Below are positions 27,166 through 42,129 of a DNA stretch of 64,000 nt, one piece after another; within the stretch, counting starts at the first letter, position 1, and every line of letters starts with the position of its first letter. Location of the stretch: positions 34,906,001 to 34,970,000 of the forward strand of contig CM114271.1 of NCBI GenBank assembly GCA_050084515.1, written 5' to 3'. Position numbers and translations under genes: made by a program. This DNA is from Blasia pusilla. Taxonomy: Eukaryota. Under the pieces are notes generated by a model. It saw only the letters and a program-made list of their open reading frames with translations, was not told the origin of the DNA and did not search any database.

Positions 27166-28899
27166 ATAAATTCACAAACCAACACTTCCTGTCTTTTTAA
27201 CGCAGTTCGGAAACCTCAAATCGTCTGCTGACGAGCTACCATTTCTCAATCAAGTAGACATCATAATCTCCATTGCCAACCATCTCCCACGCCACACTCA
27301 GGGTCCCATCTTGCCGCCTCCAATTCCAACCAATCCTCGCCTCCCTCTACCTCAACCGATAGGTCAAGATTACAATCCTCCACCGCCTCGCAGCCCCTTC
27401 GACGCGCTCCCAATCCTCCCAGCAACCAAAATTACCTTCCACCGCTCTGCACAGTAAGACGCAATCAGACGCTCCCTTCGCCTTCGCCTTCGCCTTCCGC
27501 CCCTCCCTCCCAAGTTTGAAGCACGCACTTCTGTCACCGGGATGTGGACCCCACCTCGTCTCCCAAGGCGCGAGTGTGTGCGAAACCCGGCCGGGCTCCG
27601 GATCTCCGGCCGCGCATTGGACGGACTGTCGGACAGACGGACCCACATTGCGGGGCCTGGGACCCCGCGATCCGGTGCAGATAATAGCGCTGCGTGGCGG
27701 GGAACTGCGTAGGACGCAGCTAACAAGTCGGGCCGGGTGTCTGACGTGCCGCCGCGCATTAGACCCGAGTTTCTGCGTCTCCACATCGCGGGCGAGTGGA
27801 GCTTCGGATGTATTCGTGAACCACAATGCTTCGGGATCTCCGTCCATTCCAGGCCCTTGTGGCGTCACGTACTGCAACGACGGAAGTCCGATGTAGACGG
27901 CCGCCAGCGGATGCGTTGCCATCGGAGTACTTGACAGGGGTGTCAAAACCGACCCCATAAGGAGGAAGACGCTTCCCGTAGGAAATTCTCGGACCTTCGT
28001 GTTTTGTTTTTTTGTGTGAGGAGGTTTTCTTATTGAGGATTAGTGTATGACTCACTTTTCACTTTCAGGTATAACTTTTTATTTTTTTTAAATCCCCAAT
28101 TTGTCCCTTTTAAAAGTAGTGATTTTGTGTCAGCACAATGCACTAGGCTAAAGTGACCCTCTCTAGGTTATGAGAGAGTACCATGTGCTTTTGTTCACTA
28201 GTAGAGAGATCCAGTCTAGTTCCTTACTTCCCTTTCGACAAAAAAAAAAGAGGTGAGAGAAAAAAACAGTAAGACCTTCGCCATGTCCAAGAAAAGGAAG
28301 ATGGGAGACACCATTGGTAGAACTAGTGGGCAGCTTGTGCCATGCATGAGTAAAAGGATTAATCATGTTGGACACAAAATATTTTTCTTGTTGCATGTAG
28401 AGGAGGAAACATTTTTTTGTTGCCCGGTTGCCACATTTCAAACAAAAAGGTGTTTGCAAATATAGAAGGCATTCTCCAATAATAACATAGATTATGAAGT
28501 GCCCAAAGAGGGACACACGCACGGGATGTGAGGGGAAGTAGTGGCGTTTCAAGTTTACGAGTCCATTTATGATCCAAATGGAGTGTGAATTGTGAGTTTT
28601 GGCATTTATGGTACAAATGCCAAAAGTCGCCAATATCTAACACTTGAGACCCAAAATTTCTATTAGGGCATCTCCATCACTTTCTTGTATAGGTCAATCA
28701 CTTTCTTGTATAGGAGTGAACAAGATCATGTGTTGGTGCTATAACAATACTCTCTCTCTGACATTATGTATGATGGGTAAGTAATTGCAAGAACTAATAC
28801 AAGTGTTTTTTCTTAAGTATGAGGCATGACGAAGTCGTCAACTCTAGATAGTAATAACGAACTAATGAGAAAACAAAGAGATTTGTATGCTCAACCAAT

Positions 28900-31385
28900 T
28901 CTCATCTCTAAAAGGTGTTCATAAAAGCTTATGCTCGTAGAATTCACACACAACTTCAAGAATGATGCAAACTTGTGGGTAGAGTAAGAGGTTATGCACA
29001 AGGAAGCCCGACTTATGGTACGGATGCACAAGAAGGAAGTCAACCAATCAAGCTACGTATCCATCGATGAAAACTGCATTGAGAATTAGAAGAAAATTGG
29101 ACGAAAGTGCAAAAACTGGGCAAGTCAAGGGAAGAAATGACGTGAAGGCCCTTAAGGGAAAAGACAATTGGATGGTGACCACTACTAAACAAATTCGACA
29201 TGTGTTAAGAGGACAATTACATGGAATCAAGCACGAAACCCCATCGGAATATCTCTTGAAGAGAAAAAGTTTGAGGAAGGGATGGAGGATTTTATCGAGA
29301 TCCAACAAGACAAGATGGATGATGAGGTTGAGTCGGGCTACCCATACAGCGATTGGTACTTCTTGGCTGGGGTGGGAGCAGAAATTTGTGAACCACAAAT
29401 CAAATGGTTTGATTGGGCTTGTGAAAGAGATGTGAAGTATGGCGATGCTATTATGGCTCTTTCTCTAGACTCTTCAAGCCAGTTTGGCTGGCAAAGGTCA
29501 TTCCATAGAGATGGCCAATGGGAGTCATTGTGAATCTCTTCAAGAAGGGCAAACAAAAAGACTGTAGAAATGTAAAGGGGGATCACATTCCTGAGTGTAG
29601 TTAGGAAACACCTATGTTGTTTACTTAACAATGGGATCTCCATATACCTAGAGTAGAATTCGGTCATCAAGGAAGGCCAAAATTGGTTTTCCACAATTCA
29701 AAGGATGCAAGGATCATGTCTTCACACTCATTTACAATGTCCAAGGAAAAAGAGGGGAGGCCTGCCTACTTTTTCAAGATCCCGGCAAGCGACATCGTAT
29801 GCCTTAAAAACTTGCCTTCAAGCTTATGAAAGGTAGGGCTATTGAGGAAAATGAGGAGGATGGTTGAGAAAATGTATCATAACACAATGAGTAGTGTTAT
29901 GGTGAATGGCCAGCAAAGTGGACCATTTGACATGAGGCAGGGAGTGGTCCCAAGGATGCAGGCTCTCCCCACCCTCTTCAATATTTTTGTCAATTCCCTT
30001 AGGGAGGAAATGGATGATAGTGGACTAGGCATATGGGTGGACAAAATCTTTATTGCTGCCTTCATGTTTGCTGATTACTTAGGTAAACTAGAGGAAATGG
30101 GAGAGAAACTCCTAGAGATGATCTCCCTGACCAAAATCTGTTGTGACATGTGGGCATGGAGACAAGTGTTTAAAGTGTGGTGTGATGATATTCAATAGCA
30201 AGGAGGACGACCAACACGAGCACTGGTATTGGGTTGAACAGGAGATCCCCCGAGTGCCCACATACACCTATCTAGGCATTCAATTCTCGAAAGAGTCCAT
30301 GTGGGATGACCAGATTGAGAAGACTAGTGAGAAAGGTCACAAGAAGGTGAGCGCACTGTCAAATTTCCTACACTGCCCGGACATCACATCACAAGTCCGA
30401 CACTCTGTCACTCTACATACTGTTCATCCCTCAATGGAATATGGCACCACAGTCTGGGATGCAAACACCAAACAAAGGGTCGACTTAAAACTGTGCAGGC
30501 TGAAAGTGTTTCGGGGTGGGATGTTGGCTTCATCATGCACGTCCAGAGTTAGTGTGAGATCAGAACTTCGAGTGGAATCCCTGGGGGATAGACGTGACAT
30601 TGCCCAGTTGAAATGGCAGGGGAAGCTGGAGGCAATTGATTCCCATTGCTATCCTGAAGTGTTGAAGGGAAAAAATTGGATCCAAAGGAGGCCAGTAAAG
30701 TAGGAGATTGTGTAAGCAACCAAACTCCCTGCAGGGCCTGACCTGTAGGAGCAAGATGAGAAACCATTTGTGGAAACCATAACCAAAGCAGCACGGAGGA
30801 AGCCATGAAAATGTCTGAGCTCTCACTTGACTGTACATCCCGAACGAGGAGAACTGAAGAGTTATTTGCGGGGCACCCCTTCCTTGGGAACTCGGCTTAA
30901 GTTCAAGTTCAGAACAGGGGGTATCTCCTTGAACCACAAGAAAAGCCGGATGGCAACACTGTTAAACTCCTGCACCTTGTGTGAGGATGGGGATGAAACC
31001 TCAAGTCACTACTTGGTCTCCTGGACAAAATTCGTAGAACACAGAGCAACAGCACATGCTGATATTGCTAAACTGGTGACACCAGAACTGTTCAGCACAT
31101 TTGGCAGCCTATATTCACTGCCCAAACCTGCTGCACTGGTAATTAATTTGTTTTGGGTAAAGTAGATAGTGTTGTAAAGAGCTTCCTGGTTGACACTTGG
31201 AAGCTCCACACCAACTTTTTGTCTGGTCAGCACTCACTGTATGAGGGTGTCTCCCTCCTCTCATATGGTACCTTCTTCACTTCTTCCTCTCTACACCTAT
31301 CCCAGTCTCCAGCACCGTCCAACCTGTGCGCAGGGTCTATGGTCGGAAGGCTACCACAGGCACAATTTAATGAGTACAGTCCCTA
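28900..31385 (+). mobile_element. Decayed non-LTR retrotransposon (LINE) ORF2: RT plus C-terminal CCHC and 3' end
   Basis: GITFLSVVRK, RQGVVPRMQALPTLFNIF, FMFADYL, YTYLGIQF, CTLCEDGDETSSHYLVS, with frameshifts and stops. Confidence 0.85.
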
Positions 31386-32260
31386 AAGCGCTGTGTCATT
31401 CTGCGTCCCATTCGTCCATCACTGGAATGTGACCCTGTATTGTGGGATGCAAACACCAAACAAATAGACAGGCTTGAAGCTGTGCAGCTGAAAGCCTTTC
31501 AGGGTTTGATGTCGGCTTCATCTTGAGTGACCAAATTTGATGTGAGATCAGAACTTGGATAGCAACCCCTGCAGGATAGAGGTGACATGGCCAAGTTGAT
31601 GTGGTGGAGGCAGCTGAAGGCAACCAATTCCCATCGCTATCCTAATGTGTCGGTGGGGACCATTTTGACCTAGAGGAGCCCAATAGAGCAGACAGAATCT
31701 TGCATGAAAAAGGTTCAAGAGACCTTGCAAGCGACCAAGCTCCCTACAGGGCCTGTGGGAGCAAGAGGAGAAACCATTTGTGGATAGCATAAACCAAGCA
31801 GATGGAGGATACTCTAAAGCAAAACAACATTGAGGAAGCAATGAAATTGTCTAAACTCTGTATAGCCTGAACAAGCAGAGCTGAATATTACTTGTAGGGA
31901 ACCCCTTGCTTGGGAACCTGGTTGAAGTTCAAGTTCAGGCCGGGGGCGACTCCCTTGGACCACAAAAGAAAATAGGAGGGAAATACAACTGAAATCATGC
32001 GCCTCGTGTGATGATGGAGATGAGACTTCTAGTCACTACCTGGTCTCCTGTGCGAAATCCACAACACAGAGCAACAGCATATGCTGATATTGCTAAGCTG
32101 GTAATGCCAGAACTATTGAAAAAATTCAGCAGCCCAGAGTCACAGCCCAAAGCTGCTGCACTGGTGAGTAACATGTATTGGGGATCCAAAATCATAGGAT
32201 CCAAAGCTGCTGCACTGCTAACGAGTATTGGGATCCAAAATCATGTGATCATGGGAAAGT
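31386..32260 (+). mobile_element. Second, 5'-truncated copy of the same LINE
   Basis: Re-aligns to 30400-31160 (tgggatgcaaacaccaaacaaa, aagttcaagttcag, gctgatattgctaa). Confidence 0.8.
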
Positions 32261-32602
32261 AGCCACTTTCAAGACTCAAAATATGATATCCCATGTATCA
32301 CCGTGGGAGTGCCAGACTCGAATAGCCATCTGACTTATTCTCAACTAGAGTGTAAGGCAATGTCCGGCACTTACCAATGAGTGAATTCTACCTGTCCAAG
32401 TTAATGAAGGCAAATCTAAAAGGCAGGAGTGATGACAGTGAAGTCACTCCCAAGAACCAAATGCTTAAGAGAACTGCTACTATACATCTGAGTGAAATGT
32501 GGATGAAACTGCTACCATGATTCCATAGATTCCGTTCTGTTGATATTTATCGACACCAACTCTCCAGGTAGAACTTGATACGATTTCTGAGGGGTGGATT
32601 CT

Positions 32603-35156
32603 TCAGGTATCTTGTAGGGACCATAGTCCGTTCACTCCTGCTGGGAACTTGGCTACCATTTTGTCAACATGGATGCACACATCCTCAACATTGGGCCTCA
32701 GGGCAAGTTGAGGTTGCAACATCCATGTGACAAACTGGTGCAGCCACTCAGGGTAGGGTGGATTTGGTCCTGGTGGCCACTTAACTTGACCGCTCATGGC
32801 TGCCAATTGCAAGCTTCCTCCTGCCTCCCCCAGTGAGTACTCAAATGGCGATACACCATACCTGCCAGAAGAACCAACAGGGCCTCACATTAATCTGGAA
32901 TCCCATTTTAAAGGGAAAGAAAGGACCAGATCTGCTAGCAGCTGGGTTCCAATAATCTTCAGCCTTCCACTGAAATGACACAAGGTAGCTTGACAGAATA
33001 CTGAAGAACCAACAACCAGGCAATAACAACAGTCCCGAAACTTTGGAGAGAGAAAGTACATTATAGCAAAGAGCGTGCATCCAAGAGACCAGACATCAGT
33101 TCTCCCATCGATGTTGATCTGGCTCGGACAATCCCACAACTCCGGAGCTCTGTATGGGGCCGAACAATGAATGGCTGCCCATTCCTGCAGTCGCTCAACC
33201 ACAGGTAGAATTTGAGCGAGCAGCTTGACAAACTTTGTTATCCATAACATTATATATATTTACATCCCAGTATTGATGCAAGTATTATCAAAGGACAACT
33301 ATCATGTCAATTCAATTTTTGGACCGCAACATGAGGAGATTTCAACCAAGCCTCGTATATGAAAACTTCTTGTCTTATTTTCCACAAGGAATTGCTTCAT
33401 TTCCCGTTCTTGTGTTGTGGTCGTCTATCATAATGAAACAGTCCGTAGGACACCCATGAAAAGAACCGATACGCTTACCTGCAGTGCTAGGGCTTCAGAA
33501 CGTGACCGGATTTGCCTATTGGCAGGTGTTGTACTGCCAAAGTCCATAATTATTGCTAATGGAGGCTGGTCCTTCCTCTTTGACAGCAATATATTTCCAG
33601 GTTTCAAATCATTGTGGGAGTAAGGTGTGTCTCCTGTGTGCATGTGCTTTAAACCTGCGCAGATCTGCCCTACATATGAAAATTAGTAGAAATCCAATTG
33701 TGAAGCTCATCGTTTCAAGCTCAAACATAACACACTACCAACAAGAGAAGTTCTGAAAGAAAAAAAGATCAAGAAGAGAAGTTTTCTGATGAGAGCCTCG
33801 TTGCCTGGGGAGTACCTGTCTGAAAATATGAAGAACCGTGATGGTTGGATAGAACTCTCTTTGACCTTGCATAGCATTGAGATTGTCCAGCAATGTACCA
33901 TCCAGATAGACTGGAAACAACAAATAGGCTTCTTGATTCCACAACCCATCCTGTGCACTCTTCGCCCAGGTAAACGTAGATTTTATCAGGAAGAGGCGAC
34001 AGAAGAGACATAAAACCTCAATAATTTATGAGCCTTCAAAGCCGAGTCACCTCAACTAAACCCAGAGCCAGGTGAGTAAAGATAGCAAAGAAGTGAAAGG
34101 TAATGAGTTCTGCAAATGCAAAGCATGAACGGTAGATCCCCGAAACGAATACAGAATACGATTGCCAACGACATCGCTGCAGTGAAAAGTGTCACGCGTA
34201 TCTACCCACCTTCACAGCAATGATGGAGTGCTCCAGAAGCGGGAGTAAGTTCGGATGGTTGAATGAGGAGGAGATGGAGATCTCCTGTTTTATGAGCTGT
34301 AACTGCTCATCAGTCTGGACCAAGACCTTCTTCAGCGCGTACAATCCATCTACTGCACCCACCACGTCGAAGGAACCTAATGATAAACAATCCAACCAAC
34401 TATTGAGAAACATCGGCTGTGTCAACATCTTCCCATGATAAGGAAGTTGTGGGCACCCTATGAGACACGCAACCGCGCTGAGTTCCAGAAATACACATAG
34501 ACAGTTAGTCGCTTGCCACAATGGCACGCTGCGATAAAATTATGAGGGTAGTATCCAGCACGCAAGACGACATCCCACGGTAAGCATCTACTCTTCTTTG
34601 CGATGGTACAGTGCAGCTCCGAGGTATCTCCATGCTGCTAATCGAACAAGCTCTTCTGTGGAAGTCAATTGGTGTCATCCATCGCTATCGCCAGATTAAG
34701 CTTCAGAGAGTTGTGCGGAGCAAGGATTGAGGCGGGTAGCCGTTCGATCTAAGTGTTGCCCTTTGAATGGAGTTGGACTACAATCGTCAGTCTGATTCAA
34801 TGGGGTGTAAAGTGATAAATCCATTCTCTGTCAATTGGAATGGACAACCAGCTTCCGTTCATTTCCACGCTGCAAACATGATGTTTGAATCTCATATAGT
34901 TGCCGCGCCGAGGAAATGGGGAAGAGGACTTGTTAGAAAATCTTGAGATCTAGCCAGCTACGGAAGCTGTGTTTCCATGAAATTCTTATGCGCCATTCTT
35001 CAGCAACTCGTAACGGTTTCCCGCCGATCTAAATTGACGGTGCAGTTCTCACGTATGATGAAGAAGTCTTCTCGTCTTAAGATGCCTTACCCTGACTGGA
35101 CAGGCACCCCAAATCCAGACTGGCTATGTGTGTGTGTATGGGAACCCCGTGGACAA

Positions 35157-35202
<46 letters not shown>

Positions 35203-35545
35203 TGGATGCGACGTCAATATCACATATGTGGAAGGGGTCCCATAAGCCAGATAGGCTTCCCGTGGGCTAGAAATCTAATCAATCTCTTCATTCTTCTCTA
35301 GGAAGGATTGGTAATCGTAGGAGAAAAGAGTGAGCAATGCTCAGGAACTAACCGGAAACGTAAGGATCCTTTTTGGTGACTCGATTTGGATGTTCGATTG
35401 TGTGCTCTCGCACCAGGTAGACAAACGCAAATCCACCCTCTCCAAGCTGTCTCACTATTTTAAATCTTCGTTCGTTGACCCACACATCTGCTCCGCTGCT
35501 CACCACCTCATAGAGCGCGTTGAGCCCTGACCAAGTGCAACCCAT
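32603..35545 (-). CDS. STK16/NAK-family Ser/Thr protein kinase, ~349 aa, 6 exons
   Basis: Exons 35545-35353, 34352-34210, 33959-33816, 33664-33479, 33184-33060, 32861-32603 (1050 nt). MGC N-terminus, LGEGGFAFVYLV, YALKK, HNDLKPGN, MDFGS, SAPYRAPELW, DVWSLGC. Confidence 0.93.
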
Positions 35546-35844
35546 GGATGCTATCACCCCGAGTCTCCTCGCCCGTTATTTTACACAACGTCAAACAATT
35601 GTTTGACAATTGAAATTCTCCTCAGGCACTCGTTTGCGTGGACACACGGACATTGACCGAAAGTCCCCAAATTCCCCAGCTACTTCGATTCCATCGCGTT
35701 TCACTTGGAGGCTTCCCTCGATCCTCAGATCCGAACGTCTCCAGGGCCCACTGACATTCTCGATCATGCCTCCCGCATTCCCGAGCCCCGGATGAAATCA
35801 GGACAGACCACAAACCCTTCTCTCTTTTCGTTCTTTTCGTTAGG

Positions 35845-36055
35845 CTCCCCTTCGCTTCGTTTCTCCCAACCCTCGCTCTTCTACTGTTGACAGATCACTT
35901 CTCTCACTCTCTCTCTCTCTCTCTCTTTGCACTGCTAATTTCGTTCGGCTTCCCTTCGATTCGTTTCTCCCCACACTCGCGATTCTAGTGCCAACAAATC
36001 ACTTCTTTCTTCTCTCTCTCTCTCTCTCTCTCAATGTCTTCTTGCACTGCTAATT
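35845..36055. repeat. ~105-bp tandem duplication with (CT)n, upstream of the kinase
   Basis: cttcg.ttcgtttctccc...atcacttct...(ct)n...ttgcactgctaatt occurs twice. Confidence 0.75.
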
Positions 36056-37829
36056 CAACGAGACCACACCAAAGTCTTCCCCGTTAGATGCAGGGAAGAG
36101 AGGGGAGGGAGCTTTCCCCTGCAGCGCCCAACCAAGATTCACCAGCGCATCCCCGATCGAGCTCTGCCGTAGAGTACAGAGAGAAGACTTCGCTGCTCGT
36201 GCGGTCCCTCGCCTCGAAGAGCAGATCTGCCGGACGTAAAACCTTCGAACTCAGGCCATCCTAAAAAAGCTCTGCCTACAATAAGCGAATTGGGTTCTCA
36301 ACTCCCCGAGATCAGTCACCAAATAGGGGACTCCACAAAGAACAAGCGCAGAACAAGGGCTCCCGAGAAGTGCGACAGGTTGGCAGACAGCAAAAGCATA
36401 AGTGAGCGCCAAGAGAGCCGGTCAGTCAATAATGAAACCCATGCCCTCCCATCCCAATGCAGTGAAGGTTCTCATCCCGTGTGGGCAGGACCAGAGGGTT
36501 GACTTGACGGACTGTACAAGCCACTCTACAATCACCAGAGTAGAAACAGTCAGGAATCTGACAGTTTGGAGCACTGGAAGAAGAGATTTTAAAAAGGAGA
36601 AAGAGCTTCTTCTCTGTCCTCCCAGAGCATGCTGTTCATGTTGAACTCGCATGTGATGATTTCAGGGAATGCAGCAAGTTTTCTAACTCTGTTTGCTAGA
36701 GCTTGCAAACGTGATGGTTAATTAATTCGTTTTGGGGGGGATAATCGAGACTGGAGCATGAGAGAGATCGAGATATCCCTACTTCTCATGCTCACCAATC
36801 GCATCTCCACTCGAAACCCACTTCCTGAGTTGACGACGAGCCTGCAGTGATTGTCTAAAGCACACCCTTCAGTGCCCCCCAACTCTCGCACGAACTAGAA
36901 TCCCAATCACTGCTTAGCCTAGTGTTCGTTACGCATTGCCGAGCTGCTAATCCTCTCATCCTCCATTACACCGACGGATTTTCGCCTTCGCACTCCCACT
37001 CCCACCTCATGCTCAAAAGTGTTGGTTATCCAATCATCAGCCCACACAAGCAACGCATGAGATGTGTGAAATTGGGTTCCTTCCAGACGCTGAGCAGGCT
37101 CTTAAGTATCCTTAAGAACCACATGTGGCCTTAGGATACTTTTGAGCATTCTTTTGAGCATCCTTTTGTTTTCTATCATGCGTATTTATTGAGGTTCGTC
37201 ACTTTGTTTTTCTTAAGCCCTTTTTTTTTCCTCGAGCACCTAGGCAAGCAAGCGTCAATGGGGAGTCGGCTCACTTAGCAAGTGTAGCACAACAATCATT
37301 GCTCGTTCTCCTCTGTTTAGAGACAGACTGTCCTCTGTGATCAGTGCCTGTTTAGAGAGAGAGACAGGGAACGTGAGGCACGAGCCACCATGGAACGGAG
37401 AGAGAGAGGGAGACGGACGGACGGACGGACGGAAATACGATTGCTTCCTTTGCGATTCTGCATCACCTCATTTCCGTGCTCTTATCACTCTGTAAGGTTC
37501 CTCAGAAGGAAGGTTACTGTAACGTGCACCAGCACGATGGATGTGAACGGCACGAATCGATGCATCTTATGGATCACGTGAGATTAGCGCTGACTCCATC
37601 TTGTCTCCCACATTTCGCACGTAGTATGTACGTACTTCTACTCATATACTTTAGTACTAGTAAGGTGCACGGGCGGGCGCTGTACTTATGGGCTGTTTAA
37701 TTTGTATTTTTTCATGATGTAAATGATGGCGAAAGTATCAATCACTCTTTGTTTGAAGATTCCCAGCTGGGAAGCCTCATAGAGTTGTTCGTTTAACAAC
37801 TCTACCACAACCTTTCCACTGGGAAGTAA

Positions 37830-38120
37830 TGGGTATTGGGGATCCAATTATGAAGTAAGATAAATCGTGTAGTAAAGAGCGACTCTATGTATGTACCACT
37901 CACACCACATGAGAGAGACTCCCTCCTCTCATGTGGTGCCTTCTTCACTTCTTCCTCTCTTTACACCTAATCCAATTTACGTCGCCGTAAAACCATCTTT
38001 GGTTGCAAGGCTTTTATAATAAGCACTACAACTCAAGGAGATCATCTCTCTATCCCAATCTCTACCATCTTGCAGTTAAACTATGCGGTCTACCGTCACT
38101 AGGCACTACTTACCAAGTAC
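37830..38120 (+). mobile_element. LINE 3'-end fragment
   Basis: Matches 31150-31380 (ccttcttcacttcttcctctct...). Related fragments lie at 49440-49855, 50150-50350 and ~50500-50640. Confidence 0.6.
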
Positions 38121-39162
38121 AAGCTCTCTCTCTCTCTCGACCCTCATAACCAAACAAACATCAAATAGGCGCCAAGAGGAACATAAGAACTCAAGTGGAT
38201 TCAAACTGCGATGATCGCGCTTTGGAGAGGCTTTTGGAAGGTCTCTTGGAAAAGTCCAAGAGACGAAGCGCGGAACAGAGTTGTGCGTTTCATGCGTTAG
38301 TGGTCACGACCAAGAAACCTAAACCAAACGCAAACCAAGACTTGAGATGAGTTGAGTCTTGGAAGGTTGGTTGCCAAAGAGGTGAGAACCAGTTTTGGAA
38401 CACGACTAGCGTTTGGGGAATTTGACTGTGTTTCAGACCATAACGTTTAGCCCCAAGATGCATTTGGGACACATAAAGGCCCGTTGGAAAGCTTATCTTG
38501 AGACGCTTCCAACGCACCAAAGATATCAAAAAATGCATAAGTACAGGCTGAGATATTGGCCAAAAGAACTGTGAAAGAAATCAGATTGAGGGCCAATTTG
38601 AGGGGCCCGGCTGTCTTTCCCTAAAGTTAGCGGGACCCCGGAGATTCCCAGAAGTACTAGTAAGGGGGAGTCTCTCCTAGGATTCTTGGAACACAAACCC
38701 CACTTTGAGCACCAGACGATGTCTCAAGGGCACGGGATGGAACCGGAGTTTGGCGTTGGAATTCAAAACCCAAATTTGATCCAAGGGAGTGGACTTTGTA
38801 GGTCACACTTGGATTCCGACCCGTGATTCATTTTTTTGTGAGTCTCAATTAGGGACTCATTGGATGTCCATTGGACAGTTGGAACCACCAGGCGCGAAAC
38901 GCCATTTGAGGTTCTTGAACCGACCAGAAAGTGTGTCCCAAGTCTTTCAAGACTTGCATGTGTTATAAACCACGAAACTAGGAAGGTTGAGCTTGATGAG
39001 AGACCGAGATGAGAACTCAGAAAGTTAGACCGCTGATTGATCCAAACCCGACTAACCAGAGTGTGTGTTTGGATGCAGATCGATGTTGAGAGCGTGACCT
39101 ATTGAACGCACGCTTCCGCAACAACAAAGATTAACGTTCAAGGAGAGTAGGCGCACAACACG

Positions 39163-39174
39163 TGGTATCAGAGC
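39163..39174 (+). promoter_or_regulatory. tRNA-iMet primer-binding site
   Basis: TGGTATCAGAGC, 2 nt after the LTR-terminal CA. Confidence 0.9.
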
Positions 39175-41493
39175 AAATCCTTGCTGAACCTGAACTTGGG
39201 ATCGTAGAAGATCTGGACGTTTGAGAAGAACTCAAGCAAGGAGACCTTGATGCTTGAGGAGGAACGCAAGAGACGAGGAGGAGATATGAGAAAGCGAGGA
39301 CTCGCAAATGGTGACCAAGGGCGAAGAACCAAGGAAGCCGCAAGTCAAATAAAAAACGCCGAGAGATGAATTAATGACCGACCACAAGCCAGAGGAGGAG
39401 ATAGCGACTCCCAAAGTGTTGAGTCCCAGACATGAGGATGTCCCAAACGTGAATCCTTCTGCAGGGCCTTCGGATCCAAACTCAAACCACCCGGCCTTTT
39501 ATATCCAAATGATGGATTTGATGAAGGTGATGGCAGACTAGAAGGCCCAATAGAGCAAGGTGATCGTAGAACTCAAGTCGAATGGAGCCTCTAGTTCCGG
39601 CAAGAAGCTTTGTAAGACAAATTTTCCAATGCCATTCATAGGAATGGGGCGTTCTCAGAAAGTGAGCGAGTTTCTAACAGAACTCGAACTAAGCGCAAAG
39701 GGCAGAGGAGCAGGATATGGTGATTGTAGTGGTCACGTTTATGAAGGATCACGCTCTCCACTGGTGGACGGCTCACCGCAAAGAACATCTGGGACATGGA
39801 AGAACTTTGAGTTGGGAAGAGTTCAAGGGGTTGATTGGTAACTGATTCACTCTGGAATATCATGAGTATCGCGACGGCATGGAGTTTGTGAGGTTGCGCC
39901 AAAGCGGATCCCTTAGCGCTTATGAGCGAGAGTTTAGTGCCCAAATGAGCTCACTTTCCACGGATGAGTTTACAAAGAAGGTGATCTTCTTAAGTGGACT
40001 CAAGCCGAGTGCCAGAAAGGTCCTCTTTTGTATGCCTCACATTCCTGAGACGTGCGCACAGCTCTTGAGGCTAGCGAAGCGGATAGGGGACGATGAAGTC
40101 CAAAACCAAAAACCCTTTGAGCCGAAATTTTTTTCTAAGTTATCGAAAAACAAAGGGGCATCCAAGAGGGTTTGGAATGGGGGTGAGCGCAACCACGGAG
40201 GGTCTCTTGCCCCAACGGCGAAACGAGTGGAACTCAACGCGAAGCCAAGAGGGTCGTTGTTCCCAAAGTCAGCAAATGCCAAAGTGATTTGCTACAATTG
40301 TGGCAAACCCGCGCATATGGCTAAAGAATGTGTGAGGCCCAAGGTTAGTAAACCGAGTATGATTGCGTTTTCTGCTAAGCACTTATCAGCGGAACATCTG
40401 GATACATCTCTCCAAGTCACCAAGAGAACGCCCAATTTGGTTTACATAGGATGCAAGATCGCTGATCGCGATGTGATGTTGCTCGTTGATACAGGTGCTT
40501 TGCACTCATTCTTGAGCCCGAGAATCATGAAGGCATTGGAATTGCCAACCACTAAGGCGGATGAACCCATTAGGGTAGGATTCGCGGGAGGCAAGTCCCA
40601 CCAGACCTTAGAGTTGGTTTTAGGGCTATTTGTGGGATGCGGAGTATTCGAGTTGAAGGAGAATTTCACAGTTTGCGACATGGAGGGAATTGATGGAGTC
40701 TTGGGGAACACGTTCTTGGATGCATATGAGGTGGAACTTAGGCAAAGACCTTTGAGGTTGAGCGTCTTGGTTAACGGCAAATGGAAGGATGTCAAATTGG
40801 TTCGTGAGGTTCCTAGAAAGACGGAGTTGGTGAACACCATCACGAGGACGAGTTTGACCGAGTTAGAGGAAGGATTCCTTTGCTTGATGAGACAAGTAGA
40901 GGATGATGCAAGTGCGAGATGCAGAGATCAAAACTCAACTTCAAGGGGAATCCGTGAAACATTCAAGAGAGTTGTGAAAGAAGTTAGAGATGTGTTGACT
41001 AAGGAGCTTCCGATTGAGTTGCCACCACATAAGGCGGTTAATCATAAGATAGAGGTGATACCCGGATCTCAACCACCTTCAAAGGCGCCATATAGGTTGA
41101 ATCAAGAAGAACTTGCAGAGTTGAAGAAACGAACTCCTAGAGAGGGATTAAATCCAAACTAGCAAATCACCTTATGGAGCGCCCGTCCTCTTTGTGCAGA
41201 AGAAGGATGGAAAGTTGAGACTCTGTGTAGATTACCGGGCGCTGAATAAAGTGACGATAAGGAACAACTATCCTCTTCCGAGGATGGATGACCTCTTTGA
41301 TTGATCATCAGGTGCCAAGTATTTCAGCCGAATTGACCTGAAATCAGGATATTATCAGATTCGGATTACCGAAGCGGATGTAGAGAAGACAGAGTGTAGG
41401 ACGAGATACGATTTGTTTGAGTTTGTGGTAATGCCTTTCAGTCTTTGCCAACACAACATGGACCGAGGAAGTGGATAAGGCGTTAATCCGAGT

Positions 41494-42129
41494 TGTCGTG
41501 CGCATACACATCGCTATACAATATACATCGCTGTCACCGATACACACACACACAATCCCATGCTAACTCATGGCATCCATACACAGAGGCGAGAAGTACC
41601 AAAATATCTCCAATAAAGTAAGATCCAATCTCTCTCTACACCATCTCACACCATAGCTCTCAAAGGTGTGCACTCTCTCTCTCATGTCAAACCAAACTCA
41701 CTCTCCTAATGAGAGGTTTGGGTTACACTCACAAGGCAAGGGACCATAGCTCCGCCGCCTTATGCCAAGAGGTTTAACAAAGAGAGAATGAGCTCTCAAG
41801 CTCTCTCTCCTTGAGGTATACCCCTCCCCTCTCCCAAGCTCTCTCCATGGTAACCTATTCTCCCAAGTCACCTCCTTGGCTCTTGACCTGATGTAGGAGG
41901 TTAAGGGCCACTTAACAAAAATAGAAAGTCGATCATATACTCAAAATGGTACTTACCTAAAATAGTAAGTTTCTCAATATGGCTCCAAATGAGCCGAAAC
42001 GAAGGGGAAACCTACTCTCTCAGGTTTCTTGGGGCCTCAGTAGGTCATCCTTGACCTACTGAGCCTGTCCTCCACTACTCACAAAGGCGCTCTACTACAT
42101 CTCACCGATCTATCCTAAAAGACGTGATA
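41494..42129 (-). repeat. Solo A+B terminal repeat with 4-bp TSD GAGT, inserted in the chromovirus pol
   Basis: gagt|tgtcgtgcgc...gacgtgata|gagt. Removing the insert and one GAGT restores KALIRVKEILSQEPLLKL in frame. Confidence 0.95.

Noticed and set aside
27347-27958. 203-aa ORF upstream of ARC6
   Set aside because: GC-rich promoter/5' UTR region with overlapping ORFs on both strands and no recognisable domain.
41494-42129. A+B unit as a MITE or as the LTR of the surrounding chromovirus
   Set aside because: It has only 4-bp terminal inversions, interrupts the chromovirus pol, and is linked elsewhere to the IN-PHD family.
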